The notes under the pieces: model-generated | The model's database searches: none | The model's input: the letters and a program-made list of their open reading frames with translations, nothing else | Told to the model about the DNA's origin: nothing | Shown: positions 27,001 to 35,391 of the stretch, piece after piece | Numbering within the stretch: position 1 is the stretch's first letter | How the letters are laid out: each line of letters begins with the position of its first letter | Translations under genes and position numbers: made by a program | Assembly: GCA_026387475.1 (NCBI GenBank) | Contig: JAPLLN010000049.1 | Location: forward strand, 16,556-80,555 | Length of the DNA stretch: 64,000 nucleotides | Direction of reading: 5' to 3' | Origin: Candidatus Omnitrophota bacterium | GTDB lineage: Bacteria; Omnitrophota; Gorgyraeia; Gygaellales; Profunditerraquicolaceae

Positions 27001-30000
27001 CCGTAGCATAAGTAGTATTAACTCCATTAATATCCTGAAGCTGAATCTTTCCTTTTTCATATAAAGAAACTCCTCCTAAAACGCGATGTTCGGCATTATC
27101 CGCCCAGAGAGGAGTAGTATTTACGGAATTGATCTCACCTGTTTTCGGATCAGTACCGAACCCTAATAAGCCTAAACCGTTAGAAAAAGTAGCGAGACTA
27201 CCTGTATGTTCATATTTAAACGCAGGTTCGCTGGTCAAGCGCACTGCCCCCTCATCCACATGAATCGTACCGTTTCCGGAAGTACCCGAAGACGGTAATA
27301 CACCGTTAGCAAACGAGAAAACCTCTCCGGCAATTTTTAAGGCCGGAAGTGGAGTAGAATCCGTTCCCTGATAATAGTTGCCGTAGCCGTAAACCCGGAC
27401 TTCTGCTACCGCATTTCTAAACTCTTGGGTTCCGTATTTTGCAACCGCCTGACTAAAATATTTTCCCTCAATTTCGCTATTTTCGCGATTCCAATTCCAC
27501 TTGGTCTGGCCTTTTTCAGCAACAGGTTTACCACCACTGCCTAACACTACTTCATATAAATTCTTAGTATGATCTATTACTAAACGCTGGCCTATGCTTA
27601 CATCAAATCCCGTATTCTTGTCTTTGCCTAAATTCAGCCAAAGAAGTTGATTATCCGGACCACCCACATATTTTTTCCTGCCATCAGTAACTACCGCCTG
27701 TATATTCTGTCCTGCCAAAGGAGTAATTCCGAAACTATCCTTGGAATTGATTTCAAAAGTGCCGTTTCCAATACGGGTGACCACTCCCTTATCACTACGG
27801 AAGAAAGCTATAAGCTTGCTGTCATTCAGGCCCCAAACAGTATCCTGACGAGTAAGACCATTCTTATCCTTGACAGTAACTGTGCCTCTATTAACTCTTT
27901 CCGCAGATGCCCCTACTGTATGCCAGGAATAGTCTGCCCAAAGCAGAGAGTTATCAAAAGTAGCTTTTCCGTTATTTATCTGAAAGGCTAAAGGCACTTC
28001 GCCGCGCGAGATAATAATATCACTACTGCCAGGCATAACTCTATCTGTTACCCTGACCGCACCGTGAATAGCCAAAGCTAAAGCAGAACCACCCTTACCT
28101 TCAGTTTTTGAATTTCCGGGAGCGAAACTCCAGGTCTCCGGGAAAATAAACGCCAAGGCTGTTGCCGACCTCCCGTCTCTCATTACGGCGTATTCTTTAA
28201 TTTTATTAGATTCATTATATGTAGCAGGAGAATACTCATTCCTTCTTAAATACTGCTGCGCTAAAGCGTCGGTGTAAGTATTCCACCCTCTAAAGCTCTT
28301 CCCGCTTAAACTGCCTTCATATACTTTAACCCAATGGTCGATGTCGACCTTGCGCTGGAATGATTCCTGTAAATTCTTATTTTGATAAGATACCCACGAA
28401 CCTGACATTTTGTCTAGTAACTTATCCGCAACCCAAGTGTTCTTTGCCCCGATAGGCTCGAAACCCAGAGGATTTTTCGCAGTTGCCGATACAATCGTAA
28501 TCCCTTCGCCACCGATCTTGTGATCCCAGAAATTAATTCCCTTCTCATAGCCCGCCCAAGAATAGCGCTCCGGAGTCCCCGGGGTGTAATATTTTGCGCC
28601 GGGTAAATCCTTAGCTAATAGACCGTTCCAACTTACCTGCATTGTGCCGCTAAAAATATTAATTTTGTCGCTATATTTAGATAGACTGCCTAATACGTAA
28701 TTTTCGTAGGAGAGCGGAGTGCCGGTTTCAGCCCCGATTCCTGAAGTATATTTTCCCTGAGGTAGAAGAAGGTTAGTGCTGGCAAAGGTGGTGAAGTTAC
28801 GCGGAGATTCATATCTTCCTTGCGGGTTTAACCCAAACTGTATGCCCAGCATCTGAATCGGTTCACGGTTGATGGCAATAGACCCATTAGAATCTATTGT
28901 TCTAATAACGGTTTCGCCGCTCCAATATTTTGAATTAAAAGCAATGTCTCTGGAGCGTCCGGTAGAATAAAAAGGAACCGGCTTAATATCAACGCCTGCG
29001 ATATTACGAGACAAACTTGTAAAAGGCACCACTCCGCCTTCGTATCCTACGACTGGAGTTTTAAATTGAATTTTTTGATCGGTGAGCGTAGATATCCCAT
29101 CTGCGGTAAATTGTTCGCCATGAATATGTATAAGAGGATTTTTAGCGATAGCTCCCGGGCCTATGGAAGAAATTAACTTATTCTGAATATCTTCTACTTT
29201 AATAAAGGCCCTTTCGGGCATTACCCCTGTTACCTGAAGCCCGTTCTTGACAGCGGAATAGGATTGCCCGGCCTGCGCGATATTTGAAAAATTCATCCCA
29301 AAATAATTAACATAGTCTTTTCCTATGCGATTAGCTGCGGGGCTTACTAGATCATTATTCTGCGCGGACGGGGCACCTCCTATATAACCGATGGAATCTC
29401 CGGGATTCAAAGTAATCGCCAACTGGTCTCTGTTGTTAAAGATAAACCATTTAGGATTATCTATTGTATATCTGCCCGGGGATAAAACCGCTGCCTTAGC
29501 GATATCTTCCGCGCTGCTTTCAGGACCGACTTTCCCCTGTTGCAGGCTATTAAGCATCCTGAAATTGATAGCGTGGTCGGTTTTATTCTGGCTTTCTCCG
29601 TAAGCAAAAATCCTGTCTTCTGCATTTCTGCCTACGGCTAAATTTAACGCCGAGAAAGGTAACGGTTCGCTTGTCTTCCACCACCGGCTGCTCGGCATAT
29701 TGATTGTAGTATCGCCGACGGTTAATTGACCGGGAGTTGCTGACCCATTTCTTAAAGAGAACATTACTTGATTAGGATTAACCATTCTCCACGCTGAATT
29801 ATCGTGATTCCCATACCAGAGCCCTCCCCTTTCATCCTGATATAAACCAGTTCCAAAGAGTACGTTGGGGTTAGCCATATTATGAGTAAAAGTAAGAACA
29901 TGCGGGGTATCTTGAATTACATTTATTCCTCCTATAGTCTGTATCTGCGGTTCCAGTATGCCGCCTTCTTTTAGCATCATCCTCCAGGTAACAGGCGTGC

Positions 30001-31889
30001 CATCGGCGCTGGTTGTGGCCAACATTCTACTATTCTCCCAGGCTTCTATGGCACTGTTTGAATCCTGAAATACGGGAACGTTTATGCCGTTAGCATTTGC
30101 ATAATTAGCTACCTGAATATCAGGATAGAAATCGGAACGGTGGGCATACGCATTATTTGCCGGCAGGATTTCCGCATCTCCGTTACTAATTAGATTACGT
30201 AAAGGCACAACTCTTGATGGGGTTAGATCGTTTACATCACTATATATATTTACATTATCTCCGACTAATTTTACCCTACCACCCGCGGGAGTCATCCCGG
30301 CAACCCTACCTTGATTCCAAAGTTCTTGCAAGTTGCTGTCTGTTAAAGAAGACACTGCTGGTATTTGCGTTTCTTGCTGTGGCTGTATAACCTGCTGTAT
30401 CTCCTGCGGCGCCTGCACAGGCATTGCAATGGACTGCGTCAAATCGTTAGGATATCTATCCGCGATCCTTTCAGTTGCCAGCTCTCTGACAGGAAGGCCG
30501 TTATTGTATTCAATGTAACGGAAATCAGCACCCTGCGGGATGGTTGTCGAACCCGTGAAGTTAGCCGAGAGATCGACCGGCAAAGAAGGTAAAGAAGTAA
30601 CCGGCTGCTGAAGCGAGAGCGACGGCTGAATGGACATCGGCTGCGAAGCTAAATTTGACGAAATGGGTTGAGCTAAAGGCGCATTAAAATTGTTAAGTTG
30701 ATTATTGAAGTTAAAATCAGCCATATTCTGGTTAAGCGGGTTGGACAAAGATGCAGTGGAGTCAAAGTTATTCATCGCGGGATTATTGATGTTATTAATA
30801 AAATCCATCCCGACTGCGCCCGTGAGGCCCAGCGGAGTGTTAACCAAACTAAGTGAGCCATCGAAACTAGGCATTGCCGTAGGTACAACTGTGCCTGCCC
30901 CGATCATCCCAGGAGCATCATAAGTCGGGGCAAATTGCGCTCCAAAATCGGCAACAAATGGTTGGCTTGCCATCTCATCCATGGCTTGGAATGACTGCTG
31001 ATCTGCCTGGTTCCAATCGCTCTGCGAGCCGTTATCTACGGCAAACACTCCTTCGCCTTCCTCATCCGCGCCCATGACCTTCTTAGCTTCTGCCTCGCTT
31101 AATGCTTCCATCCCTGCCCCCAGTTTCTCCACCAGGGCGTTTCCGGAGAACTTCTCCTGGAACTTATCCAAAGGCAGATACTTTTCAGTATGGTTATCGC
31201 TGTAATAAACCTTGCCATCGCTGACGCGGGTGACTAAAACGTAGTGGCCGGGATTAAGGTGGGCAATAAATGGTGTCAGCTCTTGTATATTGGATGTCAG
31301 GATCTTGACCGCATAAAGCTTGTGGTTAAAGAATTCGCCGGCGCGGGATAATGCGTATAATGAGTTCTTGATGACCTTGGGATTACCTTCCGGCTTGACC
31401 ACATCATTTAAAATATCGGTAGTCAGGGCAAAGACCGCGATATCCTGCTCCTGCACCTGCGCGCCCTTATAACCCAGATAATCAAAAAGGGCCCTTGAAC
31501 CGCAGGGCTTGCCCATCAACCAGTTGTAAATCTCTTCTATTCTGGCTTTGGATATATTTAACGGCTTGTCTAATTGTATGGTCAGGGTAGGTGAAAGCTG
31601 TATTGAAGTTATTTTCTTTCCGGATATTTCAGTGAGGATATTTTTGATCGCCAGAGGGACTGCGATATCGTGCTGCCCGCCCGGGATGACAGGAGCGAGA
31701 GAATAATTAAGCCCAGGCTTCTGCCAGAGAACGCGCCAGTCATACTCCATTGCCTGCGCCGGGATCTCCGGTAAAAAAACAGCCACCACGATAAAGGCGA
31801 CTATTCTTATCCAGGTCTTGAAGCTGGATTTGAAAGGAGCCTTCTCTTCGTGCTGGCCGATCTCGCCTTCTGGGTTTGTGGTCTTCACT
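1..31889 (-). CDS. Giant multidomain protein, partial (3' end beyond the window start); more than 10,600 codons visible. N-terminal signal/TM segment, then repeats and peptidase-like, REC-like, subtilisin-like, TM, LysM and coiled-coil modules.
   Basis: ATG at 31889 (MEKVKTTNPEGEIGQHEEKAPFKSSFKTWIRIVAFIVVAVFLPEIPAQA, a hydrophobic signal-like segment), with an in-frame upstream ATG at 31982. Hand translation of the minus strand from 31982 down to about 15,700 and from about 10,200 down to about 600 met no stop; the span between was sampled only at the REC-like (about 12.0–12.3 kb) and M24-like (about 13.6–14.5 kb) modules. The ORF track shows only short (<=203 aa) plus-strand ORFs across 1–31,900 and omits ORFs without an in-window stop (the edge serine recombinase is also omitted), consistent with a single open minus-strand frame running off the edge. 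Confidence 0.8.
6410..6550 (-). other. LysM-like peptidoglycan-binding motif inside the giant ORF, followed by a coiled-coil segment (about 5,900–6,400).
   Basis: VRPRETLYSIAAKYNVQWRDIFKYNMHIFNEHSNRLVIGQRLNIVG (LysM pattern). A heptad-rich segment follows: ...ELDWYKFREQDQLNAIEKLAKDRAEMVKRLAAN.... Confidence 0.4.
8950..10010 (-). other. Subtilisin (S8)-like module inside the giant ORF, preceded by an internal twin-arginine / lipobox-like sequence.
   Basis: In-frame ...LSMSRRQFIGATTMFALGGTSLISGCGKENRRKVTVFIIDSGT... (RRxFIG Tat-like motif, hydrophobic stretch, L-I-S-G-C lipobox-like, then the D-S/T-G Asp motif of S8). Downstream is ...NGGDNMDIPVYPAAYKEVIAVAGLDSRGECKAKFSNYGSYVSVAAPS...RIDASAFIFAAPQVSALAANLLS (an S8 Ser-region-like segment). 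The upstream frame stays open through this signal-like sequence. Confidence 0.45.
11990..12340 (-). other. CheY-like receiver (REC)-like domain inside the giant ORF.
   Basis: VLILVVDDNPHDAYFAIRGVRKLLEASGITATFEEASSLGTAVTRIKDQNKPKFDLVISDFHLLGPTALTLLKEAPEIKDIMVIRSV. This gives the DD pair, an Asp in the DLVISD context, and an (I/V)R(S/T) strand, which is the REC fold pattern. Confidence 0.5.
13640..14450 (-). other. M24 (pita-bread fold; Xaa-Pro / methionine aminopeptidase-like) peptidase domain inside the giant ORF.
   Basis: Translated motifs VVIDFGAQKGEYNNDMTRAFWVG (D...D metal ligands), GHFTGLAGHEG (GHGxGxxxHE) and GMIFTIEPLV (FxxEP). Their order and spacing match the M24 family. Confidence 0.6.
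19400..19900 (-). other. Caspase/CHAT/gingipain-like (clan CD) His–Cys dyad domain inside the giant ORF.
   Basis: Translated segment AQVIVIGGHGTSESVKLSSSSELNLSNVGRLREISDRLAQGGVIVLESCSTGEGKG. It shows hydrophobic strand–GHG, then 41 residues, then hydrophobic strand–ESCSTG, the characteristic clan CD His/Cys spacing. The His codon is at about 19743–19745 and the Cys codon at about 19622–19624. Confidence 0.5.
26000..28300 (-). repeat. Intragenic tandem repeats of about 290 aa inside the giant ORF (at least 2 clear copies, probably a degenerate third).
   Basis: DNA-level near-repeats about 875 nt apart. Example: 26430–26526 (ttagcgaacgagaaaacatctcctgcgatttttaatgtcggaag...) versus 27305–27410 (ttagcaaacgagaaaacctctccggcaatttttaaggccggaag...). 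A second pair is 26250–26320 versus 27120–27200. Translated units share ...LYEV(V/K)LG(S/A)(G/N)GKPV...NSEIEG(K/R)Y(F/Y)S...R(V/I)YGYG(N/E)Y(Y/K)QG...LP(A/T)LKIAG(E/D)VFSFANG...(L/M)LGFG(T/V)DPKTGEINS(V/I)NT(T/V)PLW. Confidence 0.55.
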
Positions 31890-32209
31890 TTTTCCATATT
31901 AGTATTATTACCTATATGCAAAGAGGGGAAAAACAGTTTTCCCCTTACCCCAGCTTCTTCATTATGAGCTTCGTGATTTTCGGTCGTCATATTGGAAAAG
32001 TTTTTATTTAGTATTTGTAAAACTATTTATTAAGCCATTAAATAAAAAAACCGAGCTGTAGAATCCACAACTTACGTCGGTATTCGGCAGCCCGGCCATC
32101 CTAAAACTACACCAAAATTTTTTGAGGACCCGTGGCTTTGCGCCCCTGCTTTTCAGCAGGTTTGCCCTTATCGTTTTCCGTGGCTTTACTCTGTATCAAT
32201 TACATTTAA

Positions 32210-32237
32210 AGTATATAATATAATCCGTCGCTGTCAA
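32210..32237 (-). promoter_or_regulatory. Sigma70-like promoter for the giant gene (TTGACA-N16-TATACT on the minus strand).
   Basis: The reverse complement of 32205–32240 reads cTTGACAgcgacggattatattaTATACTttaaa. The -35 is at 32232–32237 and the -10 at 32210–32215, which implies a 5' leader of about 220–315 nt. Confidence 0.45.
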
Positions 32238-32390
32238 GTAAAAATGTGAGTATTTTTGGTAGCGTTTTCTTTCCGGGAATTGATGTTAATGCAGTGATTT
32301 GAAGGGCTTTGCTTCCAGCCAAAAAACGCTGAGATCTTAAGTTTCAATCGAAGGAACTCCTCCCCAACCGATCGTTAAAATACCCTGATA

Positions 32391-32436
32391 AAGGCTAAAA
32401 ATGGCGCCCTTGATTTCATCGCGTTAGGCGCCATTA
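32391..32436 (-). terminator. Rho-independent terminator after the 888-aa gene.
   Basis: A 9-bp GC-rich stem AATGGCGCC/GGCGCCATT (32400–32408 and 32427–32435), followed on the minus strand by TTTTTAG. Confidence 0.6.
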
Positions 32437-32439
32437 ATT

Positions 32440-32472
32440 CAGATTGGACATTAATTTTCCAGATTGGACATT
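32440..32472 (-). promoter_or_regulatory. Tandem pair of the 13-nt motif CAGATTGGACATT (minus-strand sense AATGTCCAATCTG), between the stop of the 888-aa gene and its terminator.
   Basis: Copies at 32440–32452 and 32460–32472. The 45-bp context TTAATTCAGATTGGACATTAATTTTCCAGATTGGACATTAATCTGG is nearly identical to the 35351–35391 context. Confidence 0.5.
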
Positions 32473-32497
32473 AATCTGGGCAGCAATTCTTAAGATT

Positions 32498-35164
32498 TTA
32501 CTTTATTTTACCCGTAATCAAGCCGACTGCTAACTGCCTATCCTTTCTCGCGTCCTCGATATTCCCTAATTTTGCATTAGCTGAAGAGCGAAATCCGAGG
32601 GCCTTGTCGTTTTTAGGCTCATATTCTAGGACTTTAGTAAAAGTCTCAACTGCACCTTGATAATCGCGCGCATAAAATAACTGTTTTCCTTGTTCATAAT
32701 AATCTTGGGCGGCTTTAGCATCTGTTTGTGTTTGACTGGAGTCAGCGGTTGGTTTGTTTACAGGCGAAACCCAAAATCTATCCGGTACTATCAAGAGATT
32801 ATTGTCTTTCAACTGTATAATCTGATCACTGCTATTTATAGGATTATGGACATCGGTCAACGGTTCCGGCTTTATAGTGAACACAGCGCCATTTTCAAGG
32901 GTAATCTTTTGTTCTCTTGTTGAACTTGCTGGCGAACTTAATTCTACTTGCGGCCCCGGAGCTGCCGCGGGAACGATTGCGGAAACGGTTGGCACAGCAG
33001 GCGCTACCGGACTCACTGCAGCCGGTTGCGGTAGAGCGGCCACGGATTTGTGCGCAGCAAGGCTGGCTTCTCCAAGAACTCTCTCAAACTCCGGTTGAAA
33101 GTTCCCACCCAAGGCTTGCGTTGCCGCCACATCTGACCAGGCATCATCATAATTATGCAACAGGTAATTCGTTATGGCGCGGCCATTGTAACTGGCTGAG
33201 TCGCCCGGATCAAGCTTTATGGCTTCGGTAAAACCGGCTTTAGCTTCTTCATTCTTTCCTAAATAAGCCAATGCATCCGCGCGGTTGTAATGCGTTTCGG
33301 CTAATCCGGGATCAAGTTTTATCGCTTTATCAAAATTAGCAATAGCTGTGGCTTGATCAAATTTATTATTATAGGCAACACCCCTGTTATTAAACGCAAT
33401 GGCATCGTTGGGATTCATCCCGATAGATCTATCATATTCGCGGATTGCCTCATCATACTTACCTTCCATGAAAAAAGAGTCACCTGTCAGCCTTCCTTCC
33501 CTGGCTTGCTCAATTTTATCTTTAGGAGCTGCCGGACTCACTGCAGCCGGTTGCGGCAAAGCAACACCCGGAGGCGAAGATACTATGGGTATTGATTTGG
33601 AGCTAACAGCGGGAGCATTTGTCTGGCCTGATCCCACCGACGGCGCTGCAGACAAACGATCCAAAGCCTCCGATGGAATTCCGTATGGAAGATCATCTTG
33701 CGGCATAGAAATCTTAGATACTGGAGCCACCGGCGTAACGGCCGGCGCAGCCGCTAAAGCAGGCCCAGTTACTGCTGCGGCTTGCACAAGAGCAGGAGCC
33801 AACGGCTGTTGATCTAAATTATCGAGGATATCGGCCGGACCTGCAGAACCCCGAGTATAAGGAGCATATACTGGTTCAGCTACTACTGGGGCACTTACAG
33901 CTGCCACAGGGACGCTTGCAACTGCGGGGACCGGATCGTAAACATACGTACGTCCCGACGGATAAGTATAGGTAGCTACCACTGGAACAGCCGGCGCTGG
34001 ATTCTTATCATATACATACCGCCTGCCTGAAGGATAAACCCCGGAGTCAGTCAGCAGATAAGGCATCTCTGAATTTTTGTTTTCATTAGTAACTGCATAA
34101 ACTGGAATATTTTTTGTCATTGTCGCTGCGAAAGTCGCTACCGGAGCAGGTTTTTCTTCTATAAATGTTGCCGCAAAAGTCGCTACCGGAGGCTCCGGGA
34201 TACTGCTTCCTGCGCGATTAGCCGTATAGACCTCGCCAGAATATCTCTGGGCTTCGCGAATATCATTGAATGTCCTACCGGCAACTTCCCAGGTATTAGG
34301 CGCTCTCTCAATAATCGAATAGTCCCCTGCTCCGCCGGCCGGCTTAGACTGCTCTACCGTAAACGTCGCTGCTGGCGCCGGAGATACAACGTCTTTCGCG
34401 CTAAGCATTACATTCGGATAATAGTTATTTATTTTGTCAATCTGATAAGGCGTATCCCCTATAGGTTTACCGCCCTTGAACAACCAATGCTCATATTGCA
34501 TCTTATCAAGGTTTGTTGCTGACATTGCTCCGTTAAAATCCGGCTTAGGCGGTTCGGGTATCTTATAACCGTGGGCTGAAATTGTGCCGGGGACAGGATC
34601 CCCGATTGAAATCGGAGGCCCGGTAATACCAAATGAGGTTTGAATAGGATCCATATACTGCGCTGCGTTGATCGTCGGCAACGGTAATTGCGCCATATCC
34701 GGAAGCGGCGTTGTGGCATAAAGCACATCTGACTGGGGAAGAGAAAAAGAAGGAAACGCAGGATTGATATTATTGGTGATGTCGAAAGAGGCAAGCTGCG
34801 CAGAATTATCGACCTGCATATATCCGCCGGCATCAATATATGCGGGCGGCAAGAATGGTTGCTGCGCAGGCATCTGTTCAGTAAGACTAAAAGGAGCGAC
34901 AGCCGGCGCCTCCTGCGGTAAACTCGGCATAACCGCGTAAGAATCATCAAAAGCGGGTGTCACCTCTGGCCCCAAATTGTATACCTCTTGCGTTACCTCC
35001 GGAGAATAGTAATTCGTATCAGCCATCGATTCCTCGTTCTCCGCGCGCAGGATCCCGGTCAGAAAAAAGCTAGCAATAAACATGAAGCCGATTGAAATTA
35101 AAACTTTGCTGTTTTTGTGATTATTCATGAGTCGGCCCTCCTTGGATAAATAAACAACTGTCAA
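32498..35164 (-). CDS. Large secreted or membrane-anchored protein (888 aa) with TPR repeats and Pro/Ala-rich internal repeats.
   Basis: The ORF track gives an 888-aa ORF. It has an N-terminal hydrophobic anchor (KVLISIGFMFIASFFLTGIL). Repeats PAPVATFAAT (x2), YPSGR(R/T)YVYD (x2) and LPQPAAVSP(A/V)AP (x2, with a DNA direct repeat about 525 nt apart near 33010 and 33535). TPR-like stretches include NPNDAIAFNNRGVAYNNKFDQATAIANFDKAIKLDPGLAETHYNRADALAYLGKNEEAKAGFTEAIKLDPGDSASYNGRA and the C-terminal AQDYYEQGKQLFYARDYQGAVETFTKVLEYEPKN. Confidence 0.75.
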   Translation of the reverse strand: MTVVYLSKEGRLMNNHKNSKVLISIGFMFIASFFLTGILRAENEESMADTNYYSPEVTQEVYNLGPEVTPAFDDSYAVMPSLPQEAPAVAPFSLTEQMPAQQPFLPPAYIDAGGYMQVDNSAQLASFDITNNINPAFPSFSLPQSDVLYATTPLPDMAQLPLPTINAAQYMDPIQTSFGITGPPISIGDPVPGTISAHGYKIPEPPKPDFNGAMSATNLDKMQYEHWLFKGGKPIGDTPYQIDKINNYYPNVMLSAKDVVSPAPAATFTVEQSKPAGGAGDYSIIERAPNTWEVAGRTFNDIREAQRYSGEVYTANRAGSSIPEPPVATFAATFIEEKPAPVATFAATMTKNIPVYAVTNENKNSEMPYLLTDSGVYPSGRRYVYDKNPAPAVPVVATYTYPSGRTYVYDPVPAVASVPVAAVSAPVVAEPVYAPYTRGSAGPADILDNLDQQPLAPALVQAAAVTGPALAAAPAVTPVAPVSKISMPQDDLPYGIPSEALDRLSAAPSVGSGQTNAPAVSSKSIPIVSSPPGVALPQPAAVSPAAPKDKIEQAREGRLTGDSFFMEGKYDEAIREYDRSIGMNPNDAIAFNNRGVAYNNKFDQATAIANFDKAIKLDPGLAETHYNRADALAYLGKNEEAKAGFTEAIKLDPGDSASYNGRAITNYLLHNYDDAWSDVAATQALGGNFQPEFERVLGEASLAAHKSVAALPQPAAVSPVAPAVPTVSAIVPAAAPGPQVELSSPASSTREQKITLENGAVFTIKPEPLTDVHNPINSSDQIIQLKDNNLLIVPDRFWVSPVNKPTADSSQTQTDAKAAQDYYEQGKQLFYARDYQGAVETFTKVLEYEPKNDKALGFRSSANAKLGNIEDARKDRQLAVGLITGKIK

Positions 35165-35249
35165 CTTATATTAAGTTTATCCTATATAGCAGGGGTATTC
35201 AAGAGTAGATCGTGATAAAAAGGAAGCGTTTTCGTGCGGGGAGCTTAAC

Positions 35250-35311
35250 AAAAAAGGAAGGGGCAGTGAAGCTATTTTCGCAAGCCGCGGGACGACTTTT
35301 GAGCCCCTTCC
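35250..35311 (-). terminator. Putative rho-independent terminator after the 965-aa gene.
   Basis: Arms GGAAGGGGC (35256–35264) and GCCCCTTCC (35303–35311), followed on the minus strand by a run of 6 T. The loop is long at about 38 nt, so confidence is moderate. Confidence 0.45.
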
Positions 35312-35356
35312 TAAATTTATCTTACTGCCAGATTTATCAATTAAACCGCTTTAATT

Positions 35357-35391
35357 CAGATTGGACATTAATTCTGCCCAGATTGGACATT
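35357..35391 (-). promoter_or_regulatory. Tandem pair of the 13-nt motif CAGATTGGACATT overlapping the stop codon and last codons of the 965-aa gene.
   Basis: Copies at 35357–35369 and 35379–35391. The stop codon (35368–35370) lies inside copy 1. The C-terminal NVQSGQN is encoded across copy 2. Confidence 0.5.

Noticed and set aside
63-30923. Dozens of short plus-strand ORFs from the track across 1–31 kb (for example 12324–12935 at 203 aa, 13949–14470 at 173 aa, 19206–19652 at 148 aa, 21678–22013 at 111 aa).
   Set aside because: All lie antisense to, or out of frame with, the giant minus-strand ORF. They have low-complexity, compositionally odd translations and no RBS or domain signal, so they are shadow ORFs.
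31890-31982. Whether the giant gene starts at the upstream ATG (31982) rather than 31889.
   Set aside because: Not resolved. The upstream extension (MTTENHEAHNEEAGVRGKLFFPSLHIGNNTN) lacks an RBS and precedes a better signal-peptide context that begins at the second Met. 31889 is preferred, but both are in-frame.
32690-34950. Plus-strand ORFs (32690–33812) and the minus-strand ORF 34459–34950 (163 aa, Arg/Cys-rich) inside the 888-aa gene.
   Set aside because: They are alternative-frame or antisense artefacts of the Pro/Ala-rich repeat gene. The 163-aa translation is composition-driven (RRRRLSLLL...) with no independent support.
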